Shown here: positions 1 to 13,757 of the stretch, piece by piece | Layout of the letters: every line of letters starts with the position of its first letter | Position numbering within the stretch: position 1 is the first letter of the stretch | Assembly (NCBI RefSeq): GCF_026210795.1 | Contig: NC_089430.1 | Span: 310,001-374,000, forward strand | DNA: 64,000 nucleotides | Source of the DNA: Rhizophagus irregularis | Lineage: Eukaryota | Direction: 5' to 3' | Translations under genes and position numbers: made by a program | Notes under the pieces: generated by a model | Seen by the model: only the letters and a program-made list of their open reading frames with translations | Databases searched by the model: none | What the model was told of the DNA's origin: nothing

Positions 1-320
1 TGTAATTTCTTGTGGACGAATTTTAGAATATGTGTTGATATGTCATGCAATGGCAAATCTTGCTGATTTTATTGATTGTACTGAATATTCAGCTCCATTT
101 TGCTGCTTACATGAAACAAAAAATGAAACAAGTTGGCGCTCTAACTCTTCTTTAGAATTCACATCATCTATTTTTCCAGTAATCCAATATCCTTACGAAA
201 AGTTTCAAGTGCATTAATCCAAGTACTTGTAGAATTATGTGTAGCTTTGCCACGAGCTGCTGTTTGCATACTTTTTATTTCTTCTTCAGTAGGGGCCACA
301 TATGTGAAAGTTTTTTTATT
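1..320 (-). pseudogene. Disrupted N-terminal part of a Crypton-type tyrosine recombinase / DUF3504 (ZMYM-like) protein; runs off the window edge
   Basis: Manual translation gives ...ARGKATHNSTSTWINALETFRKDIG / TGKIDDVNSKEELERQLVSFFVSCKQQNGAEYSVQSIKSARFAIA*HIN. This resembles the N-terminal segment of Crypton/DUF3504 proteins. There is a 1-nt frameshift near 181 and an in-frame TGA near 43. Confidence 0.5.
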
Positions 321-568
321 CTAAAAAAAAATCTTTAATAAAATGCAAAAAAAAAAAAAAAAAAATATTAACTGAATGAATACAAATAAATAGTGAATAC
401 TACTTTTTTACTTTTATTTTGAGATTTTTGTGTGGTATTATTATAAAAATACTAAAGAGTCGGCAAGAGAAAAAAGCATAATTTTTCAATATAAACAGTA
501 AAAAATCAAACTTTTAAATAAACTTTTTTAAGCTTTTAAATGTTATGATCAGTTCCAAACGATAATAA

Positions 569-716
569 TATTATTGTACAGGGAGCAATATCACTTATTT
601 TATAGGTCAATGTATGATTGGTTACCAATTTTGCCACTGACGTGGCAAAATTAAAACCAATCATACATTGACCTATACTAAAATAAGTGATATTGCTCCT
701 CCCCTATACAATAATA
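569..716. mobile_element. Foldback/palindromic MITE
   Basis: Near-perfect ~70-bp inverted arms (GGAGCAATATCACTTATTTT..ATAGGTCAATGTATGATTGGTT..AATTTTGCCAC / GTGGCAAAATT..AACCAATCATACATTGACCTAT..AAAATAAGTGATATTGCTCC) around a 4-nt loop. Confidence 0.7.
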
Positions 717-1557
717 TATAATTATTAACTAGTATTTTTTCACATTTTTTTAATACTTAATTTTTCTGCGATATCAATCATGAAAAAATATCACATGTAT
801 AATGTATTACACAAATAGAAAAAAATGATTACTAAATAACATGCAAATTTCTTTGAATTTGAAAGATCTTCCTTATCTTCCTGCTTAAAGATCTTTCCCG
901 TACTTATTTTCCTATTGAAAGCAATCACTATACCCCGTGCTTTTAATTTCATATTCACTTTATGACTTACGAATAAATCACTTTAAGTTATAAAGCCATG
1001 TTTTTGTATAATACGCAAGGATAAAGATAAAGCCGAATGATATGTAGATTTTCTCTCGCCGTTCTCGCCGTAATATTATGTCCAATCTTAAACAATTATT
1101 TTATGAAGCGAATGCTACCAAAGGTATTGAAAATGTGTGTTCCAGAAATTTTTTTATGGCTGTGGTATCACGAATAAATTGTAATAAATTGTATAATTCT
1201 GTAATTTAAAAGCATTGTTTATTAATATTTATTGATTTTTTTTTTTTTTTTTTTTTTTTGAAAAAATAAATTTTATTGAATACTCGAATCTAAACTTTAG
1301 CTAAAACCTTAGAAATGTTAATTTTTTTCTTGTTATAATAGGAAACAACATTAAAAAATTTGAATAATTTAAATAGTATACAAATCAATATACGGTATTT
1401 ATTCATTTAATAATTTGGGAATAAATTTATTAAAATTATTTAAATTACAAACTAAGAATTTTGTAAAACATTTACTACTCTAATCTCAGTGTTTAAATAA
1501 TCCATGATAAATAAATATTAAGTGATAATTATTTAACATATAAAAAAAAAAATATTG

Positions 1558-3831
1558 TTAATTTGATTTATAAAAAGACAATTTAAAATCCATCTAAAGA
1601 TAAAAAATAGATTAATTATTTTGCTTTATAAAGAAATTTATTTTTTCTACTTTATTTTAAGAGCTTACCATCGGAATTTCCAGTTCATCTTGTTCTTTTG
1701 AATGAAAGTTTGGATTATTATATACTTCGTCATCATCTGTAATAGATAAGTAATTAGAATTAAAATAGTATTAAAATTTATTATGTAAAATTTTCACCTA
1801 CCATCAACATATTTTTGAGTTTTTTCTTTTTCGTCATCTAAATTTTAAATAAAAGTCGTGTTTAATAAATTAAATTGATATATATAGTAACTTTATTTGT
1901 TAGTAATTTACTCACTATTTGATTTAATTTGCAACTTTTTAAATAATTTAGATAATTTTTTATTACTATCTAAAAATTAAAATATAAATTTAATATATAA
2001 ATCAATCTCGATTTGACAATAATTAAAATATATTACCTCTAAAAATAGTAATTACTTTTGATGATTTGCTACTATTCTGCTCATTTGATTTATTAAAGTC
2101 GTCAACTAAAAAAAAATTAATTAATCATTATATGAAAATTCAACGCTATAATGTTAATAAATACTTACTATTGTTAGGAATGTTAAAATCATACAATTTA
2201 CTATGAAACGCTATTAGTAGTAAAATAAAGTAAATTATTTTAGTATCCAAATAAAATGGTAGAATTATTATTTATACAGTTATACCTTCTTGTTCTTCTA
2301 TTATAATAAAAGACAACATTAATAATATATTTTAAAATAAATACATTCGCTAATAAAATATTATACACTTATTTATACCTTCTGTTGCATTTCTTGGTTC
2401 AGGTAGATTTCCAAAGTTGTGAATTTTACTTGTAAATAATCTGCTACTCGTATAATTTTCTTCTACTTTATTCATTTCTAAATTATCCATTTCTGATTTG
2501 AATAATTCATCTGACATATTTTGATAATATAAATTAATTTTTTGCATTTTTCTCCAAAGTGTATTATAATCAGGTCTTTTTAATGGATCAGCATCCCAAC
2601 ATTCTTTCATTAAATTTTTATATTCTAATGGAGTTTCTGGCACAATTTTTGGCCTTATACCGTTAATAATATTCATTACAATATCATTTTCATGTTCATA
2701 ATTTATAAATGGTGTTTGTCCAGATGAAATTTCCCACATAAGAATTGCAATACTATAAATATCAGATGCAAAAGTATATTCTCTTCCAACAATAACTTCG
2801 GGTGCTATGTAAGGAAGATTTCCATATATACTTGTTGAACATTTATCAGCAGGTCCACAAAATCCAAGATCACTAATACACCAATTATTATTTAATACAG
2901 AATATAATATATTTCCAGAATGTAAATCTCTATGCACTGCTTTCTCTTTATGAATATAATAAAGTGCAACAGTTATTTTATTAATAATATACATTCTATC
3001 TTTCCATGTAAGTTGATTATGATTTTGTTGTAAATATTTTCTTAAATCTATATCCATTTCCATCATTACAAGCATATAATTTCCATTTGATGGATTTTGC
3101 GTTAAACCAAAACATCGAACAACCTCCGCCCATTTATTACTTATATTTAAATGTGATTTAGCCTAAAAGACAATAATTTGTAAAAATACTAGTGCTAATA
3201 CAAAAATTACAACAATTTTATAAAATATAATTATACAAACCTCTTCAAACCAACTTTGATTTGCACTTTCAACATTTTCTAATTTTTTAAGCACTATAGC
3301 ACGATTTCCAAGTCTCGTTAATTGTTTTTTTTCAGAATCCCATTCATTGTATCGTCCATCAATCCAACCTGCTGTATAAATTTCAGAAAATCCACCTTTT
3401 GTTAAATATTTAATATTTTCTAAATTACTATATGGGATCCATTCAACAATCATAAACGGATTAAGTGATTCCATTTGACATTTCTGTATTAAATTATCAA
3501 TATCATCATTTCCAGATGTCCAATTTGAAAAATCTTCTTTTAAATAATTTCGAACACAATATTCACAATATAATGTGGCTAAACATTCTTGCTTACAATT
3601 TTCACAAACTCTTTTTGTACCATCATTATACATAACTTTATTTCGATCATAACTTTTAGTCATCCATCTTATTGCATAAGTTTTTTCATCATTTGTAAGA
3701 ATTTTATCAGCAAGGACTGTTTGTTTTTCAAATTCAAATTGTTTGTGTATATCATTGTAAATATTAGTATCTAATAATGATGTTGCTCTATGAATTGTTG
3801 CATAAATTAATTCATATCGAAGAGTGGACAT
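1558..3831 (-). CDS. TKL-type protein kinase with N-terminal CxxC/CxxC motif and a multi-exon acidic tail. Exons 3831-3241, 3162-2379, 2297-2286, 2210-2169, 2105-2037, 1969-1916, 1837-1802, 1736-1669, 1593-1558
   Basis: Kinase motifs KGGFSEIY, VLKKL, HRDLHSGNIL, DLG, APE, DIYS and CW..DP..RP are present. GT-AG introns join ORFs 3163..3879 and 2350..3075 in frame. The last exon/stop is uncertain. Confidence 0.9.
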
Positions 3832-4005
3832 AATGTAATCAATAAGAAAGAAAGAATGAATGAATTTAAGTTCATTCACTTGATAAATTAGTAAAGTTGT
3901 TGATCAAAATTTCATGTTGTCCCACATAAATTTTGTGACCTTGAGGCGTAATATTTTACGCCTCATAACCAAAAAAAGAAAAATAGTATGATCAATAATT
4001 TACGT

Positions 4006-4038
<33 letters not shown>

Positions 4039-4859
4039 TTCAGCGTATAAATTTGATTGTCATACTTAATTATTCTTATTAATTTAATTCAAATAATTTG
4101 ATAAACAAAAATCAATGATTATTATTCAATAGACTATTTTTTTGTAGTATCTTACTTAAAAATCTAGTGTAATAGGTATGTCATGGGTTTTCATGTATAC
4201 AATCCAAATTATTTATATGAAGACTATTCTAAAGTCTAAACGTCAGACATATTTTTTTATATAGATGAAGTTTAAAAAAATTTACAAAAAATAAAATAAC
4301 AAAAAAAAAATACGAAATATATTAAATTATATTCCAAAAATTATACTTGGTTTTTTATGTTGTATTATTTTCATTTCTATTATTAAATTAAATTATTACA
4401 ATAAATTTAGTAATAAAAAAAAAAATTCTATTTTGTAATAAATAGACTTAATATACAGTATAATTTTCCAGTAAGTCAAATTAAAAGGATTTATAAGATT
4501 TTTTAATATTCATCTAAAATCTTTTTATTTAATAAAATTCATTTTTTAAAAAATCTTTTTTTAACGAGAAAATTTTTTTATAGAGTCTATGGAAATTTTT
4601 TAATAAAATCCATTTGAATTTTTAGATATAGATTTTTGTTTATGAAACTGATGTGAGAGATTTTTTGAGAAATTTTTGCATTAAGTAATTGATGCATTCA
4701 GAAAAATTTACAAAAATTAATTTTATTGTTGAAAAAAAGGTATTTAATTTGAAAAATCTTAAAATATTAATAATTTTTGGTAAAATAGAAATCGACGGAA
4801 TATATATAGTTTATGAATCGTAAAAATGGAGTTGAAATTTTTCATGTCAAAAAATTTTG

Positions 4860-5125
4860 GGACGGAACAAAGGTGGAAGAGCTCATGCTTCCACCCGGAA
4901 AACTATTAATGATACTCACCACTTAACTATGTTCCCTTTCCTTTGGTCATACCGATTCAAAATCTATGGACATAATGTTGACTATTTTGTATTCTTGATG
5001 TCATATAACAAACATTACACTTCGAAGCGGTGTTACGATCCCGTTCATCCGTCACTTGGATAGTCTTTAGTGATTGGTATTGTAAGATCTACGCTCGTGA
5101 TAAATCACGTTGCCATCGCAGTCTT
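4860..5125 (+). other. GC-richer structured non-coding island, possibly a retroelement UTR remnant
   Basis: Perfect hairpin GGTGGAAG-N8-CTTCCACC. The motif CGATCCCGTTCATCC..GGAT resembles CGATCCATCATCC..GGAT at ~14078. Confidence 0.3.
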
Positions 5126-6724
5126 AATATAAATATAAAATTACAAGAAGTTAATATAATAATGCTCAGTTTAATAATATTCCAATAAGATAATTTCTAA
5201 AGTAATAATCATAATTTCTAATAAATTCTAATAATAGACCCCTTAACGTCCAAATTTTCTCCTTTTTATAATTTCTGTCGATCATTATTTTTCACTAAAA
5301 TATTCAAAGTTCATAAAATTATTTCAATTTTTTCATTTTTAAACTTTTTCAATTTTGATTTTTCCACTTTTTGACTTTTCCTCACAAAATATCCTTTTCA
5401 AAAATGTTGTTTTTCGCTTTTCGTAAATATTAATTTTCCAAAATTTTCAATTTTCGATCTTCAAATCCTTTTCTTATTATAGTAATATTTCGATTCTAGT
5501 TCCCAATTAAAATAAAAGTGAACACAAGAATCGTTACAAATGTTACACTTGTAACATTACACAATTATAATACTATACTAATAAATTCACTAGGTGCTCA
5601 CAGCATATACAGTAATGCCGGGATCTAAGGCATTTATTAATTACAAACCGCAGCAATTTATTTATTGTTGGTATATAACCTACGAATTTCGAAATGTTTT
5701 AAAGTGAACTAGGGAAGCATCAGGAATCAAGTTGGCACACTCTTCAATTAATTAAAAATTTTCAATAAATGTGTTATTTATAGTTGCGGAGTTTTGTTTG
5801 TGGAATGGTGCTTTTGTGTTTATTTTATGTAAATTTTGTATTGAGTTAAAGTGAAATTACATTTATTATCAAATCTTAATTTATATATATTATATTATTA
5901 TTTCTATGATTCAACAATAATTTTTTTTTATTATTAAAAGATCATCTTTAACGTTGTAAGACCTAATCCTGTTAACAATACGTTTGCCACCTTAGGACTT
6001 AATAAAATAATACTTTATTAATAATATAAATAAATACAATATATGCTTGGTTTAACAATATTATATGTTTAATAAATATTTGTTTTAATGAATCTTCAAA
6101 CTTGTATCCTTTTCAGAATATCAATATTTATTGCCTATTTATATTAATTTAAAATATACTCTCTTAAAGAAACCTCCTGCGCCCTCTATGTTTTGTTGCA
6201 AACCTAAAAATTTCAACTTCATCTTATTTTATGCTCAAATGAACTGCACATATTAGTACTTGCTATTTTTCATGTTTTTGATATTTTAAATTTTCCTTCA
6301 TTTTTGATCTTCATAACTATAAGTACTAATCATAGTTCTCTGTCGTAATGATCTACAAATTAGTCACCTGTTTTCTTAATCACTTGACTTAATAATCTTC
6401 TAGTTTTACGGACGATGCATTTGTAACTTGATTCCTCATTGTGGACCAATTAATATACAATTTTAAACTACTAAAAATTTATACGCTAATTACAAATATA
6501 ATGCTGCGCCTCTCAATTAAATAAATTCACTATGTGTACTACGGCATTACAACATATTTATTGCCGTTTTCAAAATGGTTGAAATTGATGTTGATCACAT
6601 AACACAAAAAAATTCTTAAATATATGAGAAAATTTTTCGTTTCTTATAACTTAAGATCTAAATTTTTTATAGTACTAATATATATTTTTTATTTAAATAA
6701 TTTAATTTGAAAGTTTATGAATTA

Positions 6725-6984
6725 CCTCTAAAACATCATCATAAGGGGTTCTTTGCAAAGAGCAAATTTTCCCGTAAATCTGAGTACATTACCAGACGTA
6801 AAATCTGGAATCCATTTTGGAACTGAAGGATTTTTTGGGAAAAAAGTAATTACTTTTAGGTTCATTGTTGTATTCAGTTATCTTCTTTTTTCACAACAAC
6901 AATAGCTTCTTTTACAATAAAATTATTACTATCACGTTCAACAACTGAGTGAATTACACAGATAAAGGTGAGCTTTGCTGGCAT
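6725..6984 (-). pseudogene. Frameshifted first exon of a hypothetical beta-rich protein
   Basis: Reads MPAKLTFICVIHSVVERDSNNFIVKEAIVVVKKEDN / MNLKVITFFPKNPSVPKWIPDFTSGNVLRFTGKFALCKEP across frameshifts and ends at a GTAATT donor. Confidence 0.4.
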
Positions 6985-8019
6985 AGTATTTATTATTATT
7001 TTTTAATTAATAATTAAAAAAAAATGAAAATTTATTTATGGTAAATTTTTTATTAAAAAAGATATTTGTATAAGCGTTATTAATTAAAAATGAAATCACT
7101 ATTTTTTTTATAATAAATAAATTTTATAAGGAAATATTTTGACATAATTATTTTATCATTATTTATCATACAAAAAAATTCTTATTAATTATTTATTGTT
7201 TTTTTTAAGAAAATATTATATATATATATATATTTTATTTTAGTAATAAAAAACGAAAGTGAATGGTAATTATTACTTTGCTATCAATTATTATATAATT
7301 ATCATTATCATAATAATTACGTAATGATTATTTATGTCTATCATCATTTTATTACATATTATGTTGATCATTTTTTTTTTCATCAAATTGATTTTTTTTA
7401 TCATCACTTTTTTTTCATATATATTAACCCATCATCCATAAAGAAGCTGACTGCGGATTCAATACTTGAAGCTTGAAGCTTGAAGCTAGAACTTAAGCTT
7501 AAACTTAAGCTTAAGCTTCAAGCTTAAGTATATGAATAAAAAATCTTGGAAAGGTCTAAACCATATTTGGCCTCAAACTAACCATATTTTGAATTTCATG
7601 GTTAGTACGATCATCAAATTAATTAAGAAAATAACCACAACTAAAATTAGACATATTACACAAGATTTTTGGCATTCTTTTCTTCAGGCTAATTAACTAA
7701 TTATTAATTTATTTATTTATTTATTAATTATAATTATAAAAAAATATAATTGTTTAATTGTTTTTATTGTATTTTATATTTACTAATTACCAATTACTAA
7801 TTAATAATCATAAATTAATTAAACAAATAGTAAAATTCACACGTACAGTATATAAACAACCTTTGTTCCTTTGTTCACAAAAGAAATGCAAAACAGATTA
7901 TAAACATAAGATTTTACAACGGATTATAAAACAGAATATAAACAGATATAGAAATCAATATATAAATCAATATAGAAAACATATATAATATATATATATT
8001 ATTTAATTTTTTATATATA

Positions 8020-9190
8020 AAAATGGCCAGTCATTAATTACCATAAAAGGAGATTTTTTTGAAAAAGGAAATCATTTATTACACCAAATGACCCAGCAAT
8101 TTAGTAAACAACAATATGAAAAAATACATTTTTATAGTAACACAAAATTTTAACAGACCGTCCTTTATTATGGTATGTTAAACATAGATTTTATCAATAA
8201 TAAACAAGGGAGTTGTTGATCAGTGAGATCATTTATTCAATAATGATTTAAATTATTTGATCTACACGTAGAATCTGGAACATTAATTTCAGGGCAATAT
8301 GGAAGACACTAGAACGATTCATCAAAGATAATGGTATAGATATTAATGTTTTCAAAGTTAAAAGTCATTCAAATAATATGGCTGATGGTCTATGCAAGAC
8401 AGCACATTTAGATGAAAGCGATAATAATAAAAGTAAAGTCAATATTAAGAATGACTATACGTGAGAATATTTAGTATTTTGGAGAAATATAACTATCAAG
8501 TCCAAGAGAATTTATGAAAATATTAATCAGTTAAAGTATAAAGCTGATTGGTTAGTGTTAAACGTTAGTAGATCATATAGGGTTAGTAATATTATGGATG
8601 TTTGAAATAGACTGAAAAGTGTCGATTAATATTATTATGAAGAGTTTCAGGATGATATTTCTAGTTTGAATAACAATCTTACTGCCTATATTTTAAAAAA
8701 TTATTTAGAAATTTTACCGAAATTTACAATGTTAAATCAAAGAAATCTGGAACTCTATGAAAGTAGTAAATGTTGTCGATGCAATGTTACAATTGAAACG
8801 TGGATACATGTATGGATTTGTAAAGAAAATGATCTAACGATTAAACAGATAATCAATGAAGCTGATAAGTTGAAAGGCAAGTTAGATGAGAATAATTTTT
8901 GAATACCATTTAATTATCATGCCAGATAATTGCAGTTATTGGATGATAGATCGTTCTTGATTTTCAATGGAAGAATTTTTCATGAAACAGTTAAAGGTAT
9001 TGTCAATAAAAAACTGTATTTAGGAAGCAACAAATGATAATGTTTTCAAGAATGCTATACAAGATTTCGTGGTTAATATAAGGAATTATGCCAGAATTTA
9101 CATTTGGAATGAATGATGTAAAGATGTTATCAATTGGGAAAAAAAGAAAGGTATAACAATGAAAATGAAAAAGCTGGGAAACAGGAATGA
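8020..9190 (+). mobile_element. Degenerate non-LTR retrotransposon (LINE) ORF2 3' part: RNase H plus C-terminal zinc finger
   Basis: KVKSHSNNMADGLCKTA (RNase H C-terminal motif) at ~8355; LPKFTMLNQRN..CCRCNVTIETWIHVWIC (CxxC..ET..H...C knuckle); WNE*CKDVINWEKKKGI tail. Many stops and frameshifts. Confidence 0.7.
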
Positions 9191-10542
9191 TTATTAATTG
9201 GGTATCACAGTTTTGGATATTTTCAGGACACTCATTTGCTTGTCTGGAATTTGTACAATTATATTCTGGACAATTTCAGAATATTTTCCGGACACATTGT
9301 CTTTATAGGGATGTTGAGATGTCAACTGATGACTTGAAGTTATTGCAACAGGTGACAGATAAAAGCAATTTTAATTTCCATAGTAACAATCAAACCTTAA
9401 AAGAAGCCAACATGAGACTTCACAATCCTGTACCCAAAGACTTGCAAGTTTATAAACCTCATTTACAGAAGTCTTTGGAGCAATTAGTAAATGGTGCAAA
9501 TCTACAAGCAAAGCTTAGGAGGAGTCAAAATGAAACTTCGCAAACTAGTTCCTGAAGACATAAAAAATTTATAACAGAAGGCTTTCAAAGTATTTGCAAG
9601 TCTTAGTAACCAAAGCTTAATTGCATTAAATATTAAAATTATTAAATTTAAAAATTAGAGATATATGTACTTATTCATACAAATAAAATGTTTTTTTTTA
9701 TGTTTGCGAAACTTATTTTTTTTTATTTGCCAGAAAATTTTTTATTAATACGTGCAAAATAAATTAATATATGCAAAATAAGTACAAAAGCTTGGGACTA
9801 TTTCTGCGATACATGACGAAGTTTCTATGTTATGACTTATGAGACGTATCTATTCCTAAATCCTAATTCTTTTTCGGTTACCTTTGGTAACTTGCCTAAC
9901 CTTACCCTTTTTATTTCCCTCAATTCCTCTCCCCTTTGTGAAGCCATATCAGGACCCCAAGCAATACTGAAATAGGTAACAAGAAATAACGCGTAGAATA
10001 GGCTAAAATAATCATGAAAATCTTTCCTTTTTTAGATACATTTTGATAACGTTGGTAAGAAATATATTACTTTATTTAGTAACTGACTGACATTATCATA
10101 ATTCCGGCCCTGAAAAAATGCGTAGAGCTAATAGTAAAATTTTGCCAATTTCCTATGACCTATTTATATATTGTTCGGGGTCCTGCCATATCCAAATAAT
10201 CATGAAATTTTTGGAATCCGAAAGTAAATAATTTTACCCCTGAGAATTACCCTTTTCAGATTTAAACTGTGGCTTGTAATATCAGTGTTCAGCAAATGAC
10301 TTGAAATGACCAAATGATTCAAATGACAAATGACATGTCATTTCAATGCTTAAATGACAAATGACCTTGGTCATTTGAATGTAATTTTGCCAGCATTATA
10401 ATTTTCGCCTACATTATTTTTTAATTATAGTCACATGATTATTTATGTGATAAATATTAGCCAATTAAAATCAAATCATTGAAATGACCAATGATTATGA
10501 ATAATGACAAATGATTTCATAAATCATTTAAATGGTCGGTCA

Positions 10543-11533
10543 TAGAGCTCCGAATGGGTCAGGTCAAGTCAGGTTAATTGATAAACCTGACCTGAAATTT
10601 TTTTTCAGGTCAGGTCAGGTCAGGTCATATCAGGTTGTCTGTTTGACCTGACCTGACCTGAAACCTGAAAAATTTCAGGACTATTTTTATTAAAGTATTG
10701 AAAAAAAACGGTACAAAACTTTTTTTTTTTAATATAATATTATGAAAAAAAACGTTTTTGCAACATTTTTTATTAAAATATTGAAGAAAAATATTGCAAA
10801 ACGTTTTTTTTAATATAACATTATGAAAAAAATGTTTTTGCAACGTTATTATTGAAATATAAAAAAAAAAACGTTACGAAACATTTTTTTAATATAATAT
10901 TATGAAAAAACGTTTTCGCAACGTTTTTTCTCGAAATATTGCGATTCAACATTTTTATATTAAAATCATATAAAAAAGTGAATCCCAATACTGCAATTCA
11001 CTTTTTTATATTGATTTTGTATAAAAAAAGTGAGTTGCGGTATTGCGATTCACTTTTTTATATAGATTCTATATAAAAAAAGTGAGTTGCGGTATTGCGA
11101 TTCACTTTTTTATATTGATTTTATATAATAAAAGTGAGTTGCGGTATTGCGATTCACTTTTTTATATAGATTCTATATAAAAAAAGTGAGTTGCGGTATT
11201 GCAATTCACTTTTTTTATATAGAATTAATATAAAAAGTGAATCGCAATATCGCAACTCACTTTTATTATATAAAATCAATATAAAAAAGTGAATCGCAAT
11301 ACTGCAACTCACTTTTATTATATAAAATCAATATAAAAAAGTGAATCGCAATACTGCAACTCACTTTTATTATATAGTAGAATTAATAGTTTCAGGTCAA
11401 CAGGTCAATCAGGTCAGGTCAATCTTCATACCTGACCTGAATTTTTTTTAAAAATCTCATACCTGACCTGAATTTCAGGTCAGGTCAGGTCAGGTCAGGT
11501 TACCTGAATTTGGCTGACCTGTTCGGAGCTCTA
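10543..11533. mobile_element. Non-autonomous hAT element with an internal 52-bp repeat array
   Basis: TIR TAGAGCTCCGAA/TTCGGAGCTCTA; exact 8-bp TSD GTCGGTCA (10535-10542 and 11534-11541); subterminal TCAGG/CCTGA pentamers. Confidence 0.9.
10970..11375. repeat. 52-bp quasi-palindromic tandem repeat, ~8 copies with orientation switches
   Basis: GTGAGTTGCGGTATTGCGATTCAC core at 11030, 11082, 11134 and 11186; inverted core at 10978, 11237, 11289 and 11341. Confidence 0.85.
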
Positions 11534-12718
11534 GTCGGTCATTTCTGAACACAGACGTTTATCAAATATCTACTTACTACGTTCATTGTATATAATTAAA
11601 TAATATACACGAAATTACTTTTTTTTAGTATACTACAAATCTTAGATTTATTTTACTTCTTATGACGTGATGAAAAATGTCAAATTACTTTTTTTTAATA
11701 CTACGTAACATGCTAAATAACAAATCTAAGTTTATCTCTTGTATCCAAATAAAACCTGCTTTAAAAGTTTATACAGCGCTATTATAAAAGTAATGTTTGT
11801 GAGAATAAATTCAAAATGAAAATTTTTATTTTTCACGAATTTTATTTTTTACCACTCAATCCAAATAAAATAAATAAAATGGAGTTTTTTTATCGCTATA
11901 AATATTCTACATGCTATTTTTATTTTCTTGATAGAAATGATAATACACTTAGTGAACTATTGATTATGGAGTTCAATTTGATACTGTTAATATATTACCC
12001 AATAGTTTGATCATATCATTGAAGAGTGGAATGATAATGATCAAGAATTCAAGATTATGTAGCAATGAAATTACTTCCAGACAAATACAAAGATTATGTT
12101 TGTATTAGATCAACTCCTGATGGAAACTGTTTTTTAACAGTGCATCATTAATTGTATTTAGAATGAAAATTTTAATATTCAGTTGTGATTAGCTGTAATT
12201 ACTGAATTAATGTACATTTACAATTTTACTTACAACAAAAAAATTTTTGAACAAGATATTATCTATCGAGAAGAAGCATCGGATAATAGAAATGAAGCTA
12301 GAATTAAAATTAATGCGTGCTCTTATTTTTTGTAACATTTTCAGTACAAATATAATAACCAAAGTAAATAAAGTCTTTTGATAAATTGTAAAAAAAAAGC
12401 TATCAAATTTTTTCACTGATAATTCGATATTACTTTACAGCTATTTGGAAAATATTTCTGATCGGGCCCCTGTTTTTAATAAAATTTTCAGACGTATTTA
12501 GATGCACTTATTATTACAATATACGGTGACATTTGTGAAATAGAAGGTGATAGGTATGGAAAAACAAATGTGACTAAACATTGAATAAAATTGAAAGATA
12601 ACCAACAGCTAATAGCACATAAGAGATGCACATACGAAATATAAAGAATCGGGTGATAAACGAGATTTCATTTAAAAAGGAAATCAACAAAATGCAACTT
12701 GACTACCTTATTTTAAAT

Positions 12719-13757
12719 TTAGAAATTGTGATAAAATGGTGAATTTAAATACGCTTCTATACATTCTGATTCACTGTCAGGTTCAGTGCACAATTTTATT
12801 TCATATTCTATGATCCGATCGAGTTCAAGTTGAGCATATGACATGAATTCTTTCTTGAAAGTATCTGGAAGTTTCCATCGACTACATAGCTTCTTAAGTG
12901 ATTTATGTGATCCAGAAACGGCAACGTTATATCCTTTGATTTCTTGTACATATCTGATGTACAATTCACATAAATAACAGCATTTTTTTGAAACTGCTAT
13001 AAAAATCCTTTTCTCTTCATGATTCATTACGCTGGTCAATAAGTTCAATTCCGCGTGTAAATACATTTCATTAGAACTTACACAATTCAGTTCTGCATCT
13101 ACGCCGCCATACACACGTTTTAGTCTATACCTTATCGTAGGATCTTTCAAACATTCTTCCATGAAACCTTCATATTCTTTTTCATGATCAAGAAATTTTT
13201 CGACAATACCATTCCATGGTAATATGGGTTGAATCACCACATCAGGATTCAATAATTTCAAATCTATACGAAAAAATAAGTCTTTGTACTTTGTATTACG
13301 TACGCAATTTACGATATTAAATAAAGATTCAATGTATGATCCCACCTTTCTGGTGTGGTTTCGAAATTTTTTCGGGATTTCAAAATCTTTTTTTACTATT
13401 TTATAATATTTGCAACAAACTGAGGATATAGTGTATTTTCCTTATTGTTCAATACGTCAACTTTGTCAAATATGTCAACATCGTTGATTTTAGTCTTAGC
13501 ATAATCTAAGAAAGATTTAGTATATACTTTGTCTTTATACTCGGTTATATCCCACCTAAGTTTGTTCAATGTACTGTAGTTAAAATTAAATCTCTCATAT
13601 CCTCCCTATCTCTCGCTAGTATTGTTGCTAGATTATAAGAAAATTTGTTCACTCCCGACAGATTAATTTCTTTTTCACGTTTTTTCTCGACGGCACCTTT
13701 AAAAATTCTAGCAACACACAGTTTACTATAAAATTCATTCTCTTCTGCTATTGCCAT
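12719..13757 (-). pseudogene. OTT_1508-like nucleic-acid deaminase-fold protein with a frameshifted 5' half
   Basis: Zinc-deaminase signature HAE(LNLL)...IFIAVSKKCCYLC in ORF 12719..13345. The upstream segments (MAIAEENEFYSKLC.., KLRWDITEYK.., TISSVCCKYYK..) lie in different frames with no obvious introns between them. Confidence 0.7.

Larger units (their letters stand above)
10283..11554. mobile_element. Outer hAT-like MITE (CAGTGTT-type terminus) interrupted by a nested element
   Basis: Imperfect terminal inverted repeats (TIRs) CAGTGTTCAGCAAATGAC / GTCATTTCTGAACACAG, with many subterminal AAATGAC repeats. No clear TSD. Confidence 0.55.

Noticed and set aside
7460..7530. AAGCTT-rich palindromic micro-repeat
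   Set aside because: Short simple repeat with no TIR/TSD or function that I can support.
9187..9555. 122-aa ORF after the LINE remnant
   Set aside because: No recognisable motif or supportable exon structure.
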